From NCBI GenBank assembly GCA_944393435.1, contig CALYAE010000070.1, positions 1-37,722 on the forward strand: 37,722 nucleotides of DNA, in the 5' to 3' direction. Positions 18,449-28,078 of the stretch are shown piece by piece; positions within the stretch are counted from its first letter, which is position 1; each line of letters opens with the position of its first letter. Under the pieces are notes generated by a model, which saw only the letters and a list, made by a program, of their open reading frames with translations, made no database searches and was not told where the DNA came from. Made by a program: the position numbers and the translations under genes. The DNA is from an uncultured Clostridia bacterium (GTDB taxonomy: Bacteria > Bacillota > Clostridia > TANB77 > CAG-508).

Positions 18449-19190
18449 CTACAACTTCATAATTTCTTGTTCTGTTAGTCCTGTTAAATTAACAATATCT
18501 GCTATTTTCATATTATTTAACAACATTTTCTTAGCTATTTGACGTTTTTCTTGTTCTATTCCTTTTTCTATTCCTTGCTTTATTCCTTTTTCTATTCCTT
18601 GCTTTATTCCTTTTTCTTCCCCTTCTTGAAGTGCTTTTTTCATTCCTTCTTCCATTCTTCTCTTAGCATTATTTTTCTTCCATATTTCATCTAATATTGC
18701 TTTTTCTCTTAAGTCTGCAATCCTTTGCATGTATTCATCCTCACTGATTGTATTTAGTTTATCTACTGCTTGTTTTAGTTCTTCATTATTTTCCATTTTT
18801 TCTATCACCCTTTCTGAATTCGGATTTTCCAAAAAGGTTAGCCAATCAATAAGCTCCTCTTCTTTCTGGTTATCTGCTACCTTTGGTATCTCTATTATAT
18901 GTATTTCGAACTTATCTGTCAAGATTAACTTTTTATTTTCTTTTTCTATGATTTTCCATTGGCTATGATACTCTAAAGTTTCTAATCCTTTCATTTTAAA
19001 ATCTGCAATTAGTACAACAATTGTCTTTTTTAGTTCGCTATAATCTTGGCCTTTTTTGATATCTCTAGTATACAACCTTTAAAGCCTGAAATACAATATC
19101 TAATTTAGGGGATAATTTCTTTGGTGATTTTTTTGGATTATCTTTTGTATCAAAATCTTTTTCTGAATTAAAATTTTTGAATGAATTCAT
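18449..19190 (-). pseudogene. Rpn-family PD-(D/E)XK nuclease/putative transposase with out-of-frame internal deletion
   Basis: ATG 19190 after AGGAG gives ...LSPKLDIVFQAL then a stop (19065). A different frame resumes RLYTRDIKKGQDYSEL...EIHIIEIPK...WLTFL...GIEKG repeats...IAKKML..LTGLT. The catalytic segment is missing. Confidence 0.82.
18557..18617. repeat. 24-bp tandem repeat x2.5 encoding GIKQGIEK
   Basis: TATTCCTTTTTCTATTCCTTGCTT twice plus a partial copy; typical of Rpn C-termini. Confidence 0.85.
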
Positions 19191-19311
19191 AAAAACTCCT
19201 TTTCTTACTAATTAGAATTAAAATTTAAAATAAATTAGTAAAAGATTTAAATTTTTTTGGGGGTTATGATTAGATTACAATTTTGAAAAATAAAATATAA
19301 AAGAAATTAAA

Positions 19312-19350
19312 AATAGAGTCATACACAAAACAGTTGTGTATGACTCTATT
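19312..19350. terminator. Perfect 17-bp hairpin (terminator of the DUF3048 gene and/or element end)
   Basis: AATAGAGTCATACACAA-AACAG-TTGTGTATGACTCTATT; T-rich tail on the minus strand. Confidence 0.7.
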
Positions 19351-19377
19351 ATAATGAGATTTGTCATATTATGTCAA
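19348..19377 (-). promoter_or_regulatory. sigma-A promoter pointing into the Rpn segment from outside the inverted repeat
   Basis: TTGACA-N18-TATAAT. Confidence 0.6.
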
Positions 19378-19427
19378 TATTTTTTCATCGCATTATTTGA
19401 CATTATTTTACATTTTTTCTTGTACTT

Positions 19428-20588
19428 TTATGATTCCTGAATTTCTTCATTTGCCTCAAATTCTACTTTACTATTACTTGGGCAAATTTGGATAAATGTC
19501 TTTCCATCATTTACTTTAATTTCATTTCCATCCAAATCCTTATATACCGTTTGCCCTTTTCTTGAAGTTTTTTCACAAGTAATTGGAATTGCTTTTCCAT
19601 TAGTAATATAGTAGCCATCTGCCTTTTTAATATTATAAATAGTTTGTCTTCCATAACTATCAATCGTTTCATTTTCTACAAAAGTAATAATAATATTTTT
19701 AGTGGTTACTTCCTTTTGGCTTTCCCAGTCTACTTGTTTTTTATCCCTAGAAAATCTTACATAGGTTTTACTTTGTTCATCATACTCGTATTTTACAGTA
19801 TTATAGGCAGAATAAGGAATTGTAATAGTTTGAGCAATCTCAATTTGAGAAGTTTTTTTACTAGTTTCTTCTTGCAAGTTTTGGTTTTCCATCTCTTGTT
19901 TTTCTTTTTGCTCCATTTCTTCTATGGAATCTAGCTCTACATCTTCTACAATGTAATTTAGAACAGGTTCTTGAGATGTTGTTGTTCTAAAATTCTTGTT
20001 ATCTATTAACTTGATTAATTTTTCTGAAGATGTAACAGCATTATGTGGTGCATATTTAGAACTATCTCTCCAAAAATCATTTTCACTTTCATAAATTCCA
20101 TTGATAGCATCCATACCTAAACTTGCAATATCTGACTTAGCTTGTGGACTTTGTCCATAATGAATATAGATTGCATCATTTTCTAGAGCATAATCTAAAA
20201 AGTAATGTCTAGCACTTCTAAGTGGACCAATTTTATCTATGTTTTGATCCTGCATTACCAACATAAGTCTGGTTTCTCCGCCTTCTACGATAATTTCGTA
20301 AATCAAATCTGCCTCTAAAAGACCTGCTTGTGGCATGGCATTAATATTATTATCAATCATAAAAGCAATTGGTCTTTTATTTCCTGCAAATGTTGTAGGC
20401 TCTGGAATCTCCACTATTTCATCATTTTCTACGCCATTTACATTTCCTACTTGTTGTCCATCTTGTCTATCTTTCCATATTTTCATAGCAAACAATATGC
20501 CTGCAATGATAATCAAAAGTATTAAAATAGCTACTAAAATTTTTACGCTGCCTTTTGACCCATACAATTTATGTTTTATCTCTTGCAC
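19428..20588 (-). CDS. DUF3048 (YerB-like) membrane-anchored protein
   Basis: N-terminal TM; RPIAFMIDN..AMPQAGL..ADLIYEIIVEGGETR, IGPLRSAR, APHN. Confidence 0.85.
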   Translation of the reverse strand: MQEIKHKLYGSKGSVKILVAILILLIIIAGILFAMKIWKDRQDGQQVGNVNGVENDEIVEIPEPTTFAGNKRPIAFMIDNNINAMPQAGLLEADLIYEIIVEGGETRLMLVMQDQNIDKIGPLRSARHYFLDYALENDAIYIHYGQSPQAKSDIASLGMDAINGIYESENDFWRDSSKYAPHNAVTSSEKLIKLIDNKNFRTTTSQEPVLNYIVEDVELDSIEEMEQKEKQEMENQNLQEETSKKTSQIEIAQTITIPYSAYNTVKYEYDEQSKTYVRFSRDKKQVDWESQKEVTTKNIIITFVENETIDSYGRQTIYNIKKADGYYITNGKAIPITCEKTSRKGQTVYKDLDGNEIKVNDGKTFIQICPSNSKVEFEANEEIQES

Positions 20589-20621
20589 ATTAAATCCCCC
20601 TTGCTTAAAGATATGTGAATA

Positions 20622-21425
20622 CTATGCAATAAATACATTAGCAAGTCCATATAAAATTAGGACCACAATTGTTCCAAAACAACCGCTAAAAATAACTTCT
20701 GAAAGTTTATGTTGTTTGGCAGCTATTCTACTTGCTGATAACAAAATGGCCATTACTAAGGAAAGCATCAAAATTACAATATTGTCTGTTAAAAGCCAAA
20801 TGATAGTATTGGCTGCAAAAGCAATGATAGAATGTCCACTTGGAACAAATTTCTCGTTTAAACCTTTATGCTTATTGATTTTTGCATAAGCAATAAGTGC
20901 TAAAGCTGCAATAATAACGATGGTCATAACTGCAAATGCTAAATGGGATGGTGAGCTTGTAACATTTTTTAGGAAAGTAAGTCCAATATCGGATATCTTA
21001 TCAAAAAATAAAAAGTATGCTACAATAATGGCATTAATACTTGTAATGACAACTCCACCTGCTGCCACATCTTTTGCAATTTTAGCTTTTGGATGATACA
21101 CATCTACATATAAATCAACAACAGTCTCAATTGCTGTATTTACCATCTCTGCAAAGATAATAAGTACTATTGTAAACATGAAACATAAAAACTCAGCTCT
21201 GTTTAAATTAAAAAATAGGCTAATGATTACTACAACAACAGCAATAATCAATTGCCTTTTGATATTATTTTGCGTTGTAGTAGCATAGATAATTCCATTC
21301 ATTGCATCTTCACAAGCATCTATAAAAGTATGATTTTTCATTTTTTCACTTTGATTTTCATTTTTTACTTCTTCTTTTGCTTGTTTTTTCTGATTTTGTT
21401 TCATAACCTCTCCCCTGTTTTTCAT
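20622..21425 (-). CDS. dgkA: Diacylglycerol/undecaprenol kinase with C-terminal PAP2-like domain
   Basis: AEMVNTAIETVVD, AKIAKDVAAGGV; C-terminal PSGHS and SRI..H. Start could be ATG 21404. Confidence 0.88.
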   Translation of the reverse strand: MKNRGEVMKQNQKKQAKEEVKNENQSEKMKNHTFIDACEDAMNGIIYATTTQNNIKRQLIIAVVVVIISLFFNLNRAEFLCFMFTIVLIIFAEMVNTAIETVVDLYVDVYHPKAKIAKDVAAGGVVITSINAIIVAYFLFFDKISDIGLTFLKNVTSSPSHLAFAVMTIVIIAALALIAYAKINKHKGLNEKFVPSGHSIIAFAANTIIWLLTDNIVILMLSLVMAILLSASRIAAKQHKLSEVIFSGCFGTIVVLILYGLANVFIA

Positions 21426-21431
21426 TATCTT

Positions 21432-21935
21432 CTACCTTGTTATTTTCAATTTGTCTAATACAAATTCTTCTTTTTGCCTCATTTGTTTTTTTTCTTCTTC
21501 CTGTATATGATCATAACCTCTTAGATGATAAAACCCATGAACTAGCATATAGGCAAATTCTCTTTGAAAACTATGTCCATATTCCTCTGCTTGTTTTTGT
21601 ACTCTCGGAATAGAAATTACAATATCCCCTAGAATATCTTGTAAGATTGGTTCTTCTAGTTTTATTTCTTGTATTGACTGATTCTGAAAAAGATGATCTA
21701 ATTCCCACTTTTCAAACATAGGAAAGGAAAGCACGTCCGTTTCTTGATTTATATTTCGATATTGCTGATTCATCTGTTTTATATTTTCTGGATTTGTTAA
21801 AGTAACACAAATATAGAAAGAGGTAGGATCTATTTTTTCTACCTCAAAACATTCTTGTATCACTTTCTCTACCAATTCTTCATAGGACTCTACTACTTCT
21901 ATGTCCTTCCAAACAATTTGTGTTACTAGGTTCAT
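21432..21935 (-). CDS. ybeY: rRNA maturation endoribonuclease YbeY
   Basis: TDVLSFP, LGDIVIS, HGFYHLRGYDH. Confidence 0.95.
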   Translation of the reverse strand: MNLVTQIVWKDIEVVESYEELVEKVIQECFEVEKIDPTSFYICVTLTNPENIKQMNQQYRNINQETDVLSFPMFEKWELDHLFQNQSIQEIKLEEPILQDILGDIVISIPRVQKQAEEYGHSFQREFAYMLVHGFYHLRGYDHIQEEEKKQMRQKEEFVLDKLKITR

Positions 21936-21989
21936 GTTGCTCCCTTTTCTTTTATAATAAACTATTCTTGCTACTTTTTAATACTTACT

Positions 21990-23231
21990 TTATGCGGTTA
22001 CTTTTTTAGCACGTTTTTTGTTTTTTGCTTTTTTTAATCCTTTTGTATAATTTCCTTCTGAAATGTAAGCATTTTTTAATCTTCTCATTGCCCCTAATTC
22101 TATTAATTTATCACAGTAAAAACCAATAATTTTAAAATATTTATTCTCATTTTTACGTAATTTCTTTAGGTCATTTCTTAAAAATAGAATTTGTTTTTCT
22201 CTAATGTAATCTATATAGTTGGTGTTTTTCATTTGGTTAATTTCTTGGAAGTTCTTCCAGAATTTTTTATATTCTTCTCTATCTTGTGGTTTTTCCCAAT
22301 AAATTTTAGTAGATAATAATTTAACATGATATTCTTCTAATAAAACCATAAGTAAAGAATATGCTTTTTCTTGTTTACGTGCAACTTTGGTATCTACAAT
22401 TAAACTCCTTACATCATTTAATAATTTATCATAACATTGTTCTGCTACAATAAGTGGCAAACTATGGGTAAATAGTTTTCTACTAAGCCCCAATAATACC
22501 ATGTTTTTTTCGATATTATCATTTTGATCTAGTTTTCCTACTGAGAATTTTTCAAAATTTTGATATTCTTCTACGATTTCTTTAAATATTTTATTATCAG
22601 GCTCTTTCTTCATTTTTAATGGTAAAATATTTTCTATATAATCTTCTAAAGTAGAAAAAATCTTAGTATATATTTCATCTTTTGCAGATGGAGTTAAATT
22701 ATCTGCTAGCTTAATAGAAAAATGTTTTAATAGCCCTTTATATAACCCTTCCATTTGTGCTACATATAAGGTTTGATATCGATCTAATAAAGAAGGCTTA
22801 TTAAGACTTTCTACGGTTTCATAATCTAAATTTAATAAGTACATTTGCTTTTTATATTTATACTCTAGATACTCCGTTTCCTTTAAATGCACAATCGTAT
22901 AATATTGTGATAAAGCATTTTTTTCAAAATCACTGGCAGTATCATTTTTTACTTTTTTATAGATAGAGTCCATAATATATTTATCAATTGACTCTAAATA
23001 GAGGGCATATACATCTTCAAACTTTTGAGTGATTGCCTCTTGTTTTTTTGAATCTTCTATTTTTTCACACTCTTTATATGCTTCATACGCTTTTAATGCA
23101 TTATTTCTTTTCATCGAAATTAACATTCCATTGATTCCAATTTTGGTCGGAATTAACAACTTCGTTAGAGTGTTGGTGATTTGTGTAAAAAAGGTTTTGT
23201 CTTGGTATATTCTTAGACTTCTTTCTTCCAT
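21990..23231 (-). CDS. Hypothetical soluble, probably alpha-helical protein (413 aa)
   Basis: Long ORF with RBS AAAGGA overlapping the yqfD stop; no motif recognised. Confidence 0.8.
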   Translation of the reverse strand: MEERSLRIYQDKTFFTQITNTLTKLLIPTKIGINGMLISMKRNNALKAYEAYKECEKIEDSKKQEAITQKFEDVYALYLESIDKYIMDSIYKKVKNDTASDFEKNALSQYYTIVHLKETEYLEYKYKKQMYLLNLDYETVESLNKPSLLDRYQTLYVAQMEGLYKGLLKHFSIKLADNLTPSAKDEIYTKIFSTLEDYIENILPLKMKKEPDNKIFKEIVEEYQNFEKFSVGKLDQNDNIEKNMVLLGLSRKLFTHSLPLIVAEQCYDKLLNDVRSLIVDTKVARKQEKAYSLLMVLLEEYHVKLLSTKIYWEKPQDREEYKKFWKNFQEINQMKNTNYIDYIREKQILFLRNDLKKLRKNENKYFKIIGFYCDKLIELGAMRRLKNAYISEGNYTKGLKKAKNKKRAKKVTA

Positions 23232-23245
23232 GGCTTATCTTCCTT

Positions 23246-24430
23246 TCAAAACACTAATTTTTCTTTTGTCGCAATATCTTCTAACACTTCGTAAATAACT
23301 TCCACCTCTAAAGCATCCCCTACTTGTTTCTGGGTTACTTGCTTTCCTAAAATTGCCTCTTTGTTTTCAATTTGTTCTTCCAAAACCTTACTTGCTTGTT
23401 CAATCCCTATTGTTTTTGCTTCTTCCAGTGTATAGGAAACCTCTTGTTCTTCATACTCTTCAAAGGTTTTTTGATGAATTTCAATTGGCAAATAGAAGTC
23501 CGAAAATAGTTTCAGTTTTTTACTTGCCTCTATTGTATCATATTTTTGAAATTTTGAAACCCCTTTTCCTAAATTTATTTCAAAATTATTTATCTTTACG
23601 GAATATTTATTTTCAACTTCTCCCGTCTTGATTTTTTTTACTTGTTTTAATGGTACTTCTACTTTTTGAGAATACCAAACTTTAGCCTGAACCTCGCCCG
23701 TAGCATGCACATAACGTGTTCCTGTATATTTACCTTCTAACCATCCTCCTACTAAGACAGTACCTTTTGTTACTAAATCCCCCTCTTTTACTAGGGATGT
23801 ACCATTTTGCGCCGTCACTTTTACAATCATTGCGTCTTTTGTTGCAACTAGATTACAATATTCCTCTTCCTCAATAATCTCTGGTTTTAAATCTGCTTCT
23901 ACAATTTTTACAATAGCATTTGTGCCTTTTATTTCAATCCCTGCCCAAGCAATATCATCCCTTTGCAAACGAAGCTCTTGGATAATTTCCTTTGTTTCAA
24001 GCCCAATTTTGCATCTTCCTACCTTAAAATTATTTTGATCTAAAACTGCTTTTATCTCTTCTGCTTTAATTGTTTCATTTCCTGTTATTTCAATATTCCA
24101 AATAAAATTTGAAAGTGTAAAAATACAAACTAAAATGAATAAAAAACAAAAAGCAAAAATTTTTCTTTTTTTATAACGATGTAATAAGAAAGGAAAACCT
24201 TTTTTATTTTGAATCTTAACTCTACATTTTGTTTTTTTCGCAATTTGTTTTAGTTTTTTAAAATCTCGAATATTCATATTCACTTTAATTGTTGTTGAAT
24301 TGGTTCTTTTTAGCTTCCATAAGAAAATTTTTTGACTATTACAAAGGTTTAAAAATCGTTCAAGAAAATAGCCTTCTATCTCCACAGTTACATACCCTAG
24401 TAAGTAACCTAATAAAATTTTTAAGTACAT
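23246..24430 (-). CDS. yqfD: Sporulation protein YqfD
   Basis: GYV..IEG..ERFLN, FIWNIEITGN, V.EGD.V.KG..LV.G, VHATGEV.A.VWY; follows yqfC. Confidence 0.9.
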   Translation of the reverse strand: MYLKILLGYLLGYVTVEIEGYFLERFLNLCNSQKIFLWKLKRTNSTTIKVNMNIRDFKKLKQIAKKTKCRVKIQNKKGFPFLLHRYKKRKIFAFCFLFILVCIFTLSNFIWNIEITGNETIKAEEIKAVLDQNNFKVGRCKIGLETKEIIQELRLQRDDIAWAGIEIKGTNAIVKIVEADLKPEIIEEEEYCNLVATKDAMIVKVTAQNGTSLVKEGDLVTKGTVLVGGWLEGKYTGTRYVHATGEVQAKVWYSQKVEVPLKQVKKIKTGEVENKYSVKINNFEINLGKGVSKFQKYDTIEASKKLKLFSDFYLPIEIHQKTFEEYEEQEVSYTLEEAKTIGIEQASKVLEEQIENKEAILGKQVTQKQVGDALEVEVIYEVLEDIATKEKLVF

Positions 24431-24442
24431 AGTTTTCCTCCC

Positions 24443-24745
24443 TTAATCATCTGTAATCGACTCAAAATCAATACTTTCTAACTTTCCTGTAATTAGTAAA
24501 TCATCTGTTGTCATTTCCTCTAAGTGAAGTTCATACCCGTTGATATTTAAAATACCAATTGATGTGCTAATACGAATGTAAAACTCTTGATATTCTAAAA
24601 TAGACTTATAGTTTTCAATTAATAACTTACCAAATCCCAAAACTGTTAATTTTGGGATATTGGTAGACACTTCTTGTGGAATTTCCAAAAATTGATTCCA
24701 TTTGTTTGCTTTTTGCCTTTTTTTATTTTTTTTCATGGCTTTCAC
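24443..24745 (-). CDS. yqfC: YabP/YqfC family sporulation protein
   Basis: LEIPQEV..NIPKLT..G..L.IENYKSILEY; synteny with yqfD. Confidence 0.88.
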   Translation of the reverse strand: MKAMKKNKKRQKANKWNQFLEIPQEVSTNIPKLTVLGFGKLLIENYKSILEYQEFYIRISTSIGILNINGYELHLEEMTTDDLLITGKLESIDFESITDD

Positions 24746-24748
24746 CTT

Positions 24749-25555
24749 TTACCTTACAAATTCGTCTAAACTTTTAAATTCATAACCCATTTGTCTAATT
24801 TCTTTAATACATTCATCTAAAATATTGCTATTATCTTTTGAAGTTGCATGTAATAAGATGATAGCTCCTGGATGAATATTATCAAGTATTTTTTGTTTTC
24901 CATACTCTTGCCTTCCTTGTTTATTTTCATCCCAATCATCATAAGCTAAAGACCACATTACGGTTTTATACCCTAATGTATTAGTATATGCAACTGTTCT
25001 TTGGCTATATTCTCCTTTTGGTGGACGTATATATTTCATCTCATAACCAAATTTTTGATAGACAGCGGTATGTAAATCCATTACTTCTTTTTGAATTTCT
25101 TCATTGGTTAGATCTGGCATTGATTTGTGATTCACTGTATGATTTCCTACAATATGCCCTTCATCAATCATCTGTTTTACTAAGTCTGGCTGTGTATTCA
25201 AATAATGGGCTGTAATAAAAAAAGCCGCTGGAACCTGATTTTCTTTTAGTACTGCTAATATTTTAGAGGTATATCCTGCTTCATATCCTTCATCAAATGT
25301 TAAATATACATTTTTAGATTCTTTATTTCCCAGACACATTCCCTCGTATTCGTCTAAAATTTTTTTATTCACGCTTCCTACATCTGGTTGTTCGTGATTT
25401 TTTCCCCTTTTTAGCCCCCATCCAATTTTTTGATTACTCAAAGCAGTATTATTGCTAGTTTGTACTGTTTGATTACTTTCCATAACCATGATGGAAAATA
25501 AAAAAACTAGTAAAATCGAGGATAATAAAACAACAATATTTATTTTTTTCTTCAT
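24749..25555 (-). CDS. pdaA: Spore cortex muramic delta-lactam de-N-acetylase (polysaccharide deacetylase)
   Basis: Signal anchor; YLTFDEGYE, GHIVGNHTVNH, RPPKGEYS, WSLAYDDW, HPGAIILLH. Confidence 0.85.
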   Translation of the reverse strand: MKKKINIVVLLSSILLVFLFSIMVMESNQTVQTSNNTALSNQKIGWGLKRGKNHEQPDVGSVNKKILDEYEGMCLGNKESKNVYLTFDEGYEAGYTSKILAVLKENQVPAAFFITAHYLNTQPDLVKQMIDEGHIVGNHTVNHKSMPDLTNEEIQKEVMDLHTAVYQKFGYEMKYIRPPKGEYSQRTVAYTNTLGYKTVMWSLAYDDWDENKQGRQEYGKQKILDNIHPGAIILLHATSKDNSNILDECIKEIRQMGYEFKSLDEFVR

Positions 25556-25595
25556 TTTAATCTTCTCTCCTATCTGTTCATTTCCCTATATTTCA

Positions 25596-25625
25596 TATTT
25601 ATGAAAGGAATTTTTAAAAAATAAC
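25596..25625 (-). promoter_or_regulatory. Possible sigma-E-type promoter of pdaA-yqfCD
   Basis: GTTATTTT-N14-CATAAATA; same geometry as the bofA promoter. Confidence 0.4.
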
Positions 25626-25750
25626 TATTGTTTTAGAATTTAAAAAATTACTCTTTAGAATATTTTTATTTCTATAAAGATATATATTTTATTCACTTAT
25701 TGTGATATTTTCTTGCTTAATTTGTCTAAAATACTATTTTTTCTACCTTA

Positions 25751-25860
25751 TTCGACATAAAGAATTATTTTTTTAGCCACTATTGACAATCAAAATGATT
25801 TAGATTATATTATAATACGTAATTGGAAATTTTTAGGTGATTCTGTTAAGTTTTGTCGAA
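25751..25860 (+). promoter_or_regulatory. agrA sigma-A promoter flanked by two Spo0A boxes
   Basis: TTGACA (25783)-N17-TATATT; TTCGACA at 25751-25757 and TGTCGAA at 25854-25860. Confidence 0.6.
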
Positions 25861-25924
25861 TCACTTTTTCATGGGGTACCACTATGAAAGTTCTGAGAAT
25901 TTATGTTTTACGGAGGATAAGGGA

Positions 25925-26683
25925 ATGTTAAATTTTGTATTATGCGATGATAATTTAAAAGCACTTTCCAAATTGGAAAAAATGTTAGAATCTGTTTTCA
26001 TTAGCAAAAACTTAGAGGCACAAGTTGTGCTCAGTACTACTGAGCCAAGTGAGTTGGTTAATTATGTAAGAGATCATACAGTAAATGTTGTAGTTTTAGA
26101 TATTGAATTACGATCTCGAGTTACAGGATTGGACTTAGCCAATATGATTAGAAAGAAAGATAAAAATATTTATATTATTTTCACAACTGGTCATTTAGAA
26201 TATGGCTTAATGGCATACAGATATAAAACTTTTGACTACTTACCTAAACCAATTACAGTAGAAAGATTAGAAGATACAATTACTAGATTATTTGAAGATG
26301 TTTCAGGAACTCAAGTTAATTTTGTTAGATTAGATAATAATAAAACTATTATTAAGCAAGATAGTATTCAATATATTCGTAAAGACGGGATGAAAGTTGT
26401 TTTTCATACTGATACAAGGGATTATGAAACTTATAGCTCTTTTAAAAAGATCTTGCCACAATTACCTGAGCAATTTATTCAATGTCATAAGTCTTATATT
26501 GTTAACATGAAGAAAATTACAGATGTAGATACTGGAAGTAGTACAATCTGTTTAAATAATGACCAAAATTCAAAATGTTTTATTGGTCCTAAATATAAAA
26601 ATCAATTTATGGAGGTATTTAACGATGGAAATTTTTCAAACAATTTGGACAGCTCTTACAACGCCAAATCAGATGTTGACTAA
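25925..26683 (+). CDS. agrA: LytTR/AgrA-family response regulator
   Basis: MLNFVLCDDN after GGAGG; LDIEL, GLDLA, YLPKP, FIQCHKSYIVN. Confidence 0.9.
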   Translation: MLNFVLCDDNLKALSKLEKMLESVFISKNLEAQVVLSTTEPSELVNYVRDHTVNVVVLDIELRSRVTGLDLANMIRKKDKNIYIIFTTGHLEYGLMAYRYKTFDYLPKPITVERLEDTITRLFEDVSGTQVNFVRLDNNKTIIKQDSIQYIRKDGMKVVFHTDTRDYETYSSFKKILPQLPEQFIQCHKSYIVNMKKITDVDTGSSTICLNNDQNSKCFIGPKYKNQFMEVFNDGNFSNNLDSSYNAKSDVD

Positions 26684-27980
26684 TATTTTAGGTATTCCTA
26701 TCTTTTTTGTTGATGCAATTGTAAATATGTTATTATTTACAACAATTTTAAATATTAGCGTTTCTAAAAAGCAAAAAATTATTTATGTAATTACAATAAC
26801 AGTTATTGCTTTTTTATTTAGAACTTTTATTCCAAATCCATATACTGCTTTTGCTAATATTATTCTTACCATATTATTAGTCAAAATTATTTTAAAAGCA
26901 ACTTGGCTAAAATCTATTTTTGCTGAATTTATCGTACTAGCTTTTAGTAGTATTCTAGAATTATTCTGGTTTAGATTTTATTTGTCAGTATTCCAGGTGA
27001 CGCAAGAGCAATTATTAACAATTCCTCTTTATAGAATTTTATCAGTTAGTATTATCTACTTGTGTGTTTACTTATTTTATAGAATAATAAAATATTTAAA
27101 GTTTAATATCAATTTAGAAAATATGCCTAAAAAAGACAAGATTCTATTTATCTTTAGCACCTTATTAGGTATTATTGCAATCGGCACACAATTTTATTTA
27201 ATTTTCTTCTTTAATCATACTATGCCAATCGCAATTACTATTATCAGTATTTTAAGTTTGTTGGCTTACTTTTTAGTAAGTATTTACAGTTTATTAAACA
27301 CTTCAAAATTAGAAACTACATCGAGAAATTTAACAGAAGCACAATTATATAATAAAACCTTAACTTTATTACATGATAATATGAGAGGATTCAAACATGA
27401 TTTTCATAATATTGTACAAGGGCTTGGTGGTTACATAGAAACCAAAGATTTGGATGGACTTAAAAAATTCTATTCTCAATTATTAAAAGATTGTAATCGT
27501 GTTAATAACTTAACTACTTTAAATCCAAGCATCATTAATAATCCTGCTATTTATAATGTGTTAGCTACCAAATACCATAAAGCTGATGAAATCGGAGTAC
27601 AAATTAATTTAGGTATTTTTATGGACTTAAATGAAATTGAAAAACACATGAAAATTTATGAATTTACTAGAATCTTAGGTATCTTAATGGATAATGCTAT
27701 TGAAGCATCAGCTGAATGTCCTGACAAAGTTATTCATGTTAGTTTTCGTAAAGAAGAAAATCGTCATCGCTTATTAATGGTAATTGAAAATACTTATTTA
27801 GATAAAGATGTTGATATTGATAAAATTTTTGAAAAAGACTTTTCTACCAAACCTAAGAAAACAAATAGTGGACTTGGTTTATGGGAAATCAGACAAATCC
27901 TAAAAAGAAATAATAATTTAAACTTATTTACCACCAAAAATGAAGAATACTTTGTTCAACAATTTGAAATTTATTATTAA
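26625..27980 (+). CDS. agrC: AgrC-like membrane histidine kinase (GHKL)
   Basis: GGAGGT then ATG 26625 (59-nt overlap with agrA); multiple TM segments; RGFKHDFHN, LMDNAIEA, SGLGL. Confidence 0.9.
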   Translation: MEIFQTIWTALTTPNQMLTNILGIPIFFVDAIVNMLLFTTILNISVSKKQKIIYVITITVIAFLFRTFIPNPYTAFANIILTILLVKIILKATWLKSIFAEFIVLAFSSILELFWFRFYLSVFQVTQEQLLTIPLYRILSVSIIYLCVYLFYRIIKYLKFNINLENMPKKDKILFIFSTLLGIIAIGTQFYLIFFFNHTMPIAITIISILSLLAYFLVSIYSLLNTSKLETTSRNLTEAQLYNKTLTLLHDNMRGFKHDFHNIVQGLGGYIETKDLDGLKKFYSQLLKDCNRVNNLTTLNPSIINNPAIYNVLATKYHKADEIGVQINLGIFMDLNEIEKHMKIYEFTRILGILMDNAIEASAECPDKVIHVSFRKEENRHRLLMVIENTYLDKDVDIDKIFEKDFSTKPKKTNSGLGLWEIRQILKRNNNLNLFTTKNEEYFVQQFEIYY

Positions 27981-27989
27981 TCATCTGTC

Positions 27990-28033
27990 ACAAAAAAGTA
28001 GAACCTTTTAATCTAATGGTTCTACTTTTTTGT
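27990..28033. terminator. Bidirectional intrinsic terminator between agrC and agrD
   Basis: Perfect 16-bp arms ACAAAAAAGTAGAACC / GGTTCTACTTTTTTGT. Confidence 0.88.
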
Positions 28034-28078
28034 CGATTTTATGTTTTAAGGAAATATTTATTTTTTGTCTATTTTGAA

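Larger units (their letters stand above)
18413..19320. mobile_element. 908-bp Rpn-containing segment bounded by perfect 17-bp inverted repeats
   Basis: GACTCTATTTTTAATTT at 18413-18429 and its reverse complement at 19304-19320; no obvious target-site duplication. Confidence 0.5.

Noticed and set aside
18449-19075. Intact 208-aa gene from TTG 19075, or a programmed frameshift at 19080
   Set aside because: The true N-terminus is upstream in another frame and the catalytic segment is absent, indicating a deletion rather than recoding.
20335-20889. 184-aa plus-strand ORF and other antisense ORFs (e.g. 14380, 16990, 29861, 34945)
   Set aside because: They lie opposite well-supported genes and have no RBS or motif.
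25853-26624. ORF-track starts at 25853 (agrA) and 26559 (agrC)
   Set aside because: Strong SD sequences and domain boundaries favour 25925 and 26625.
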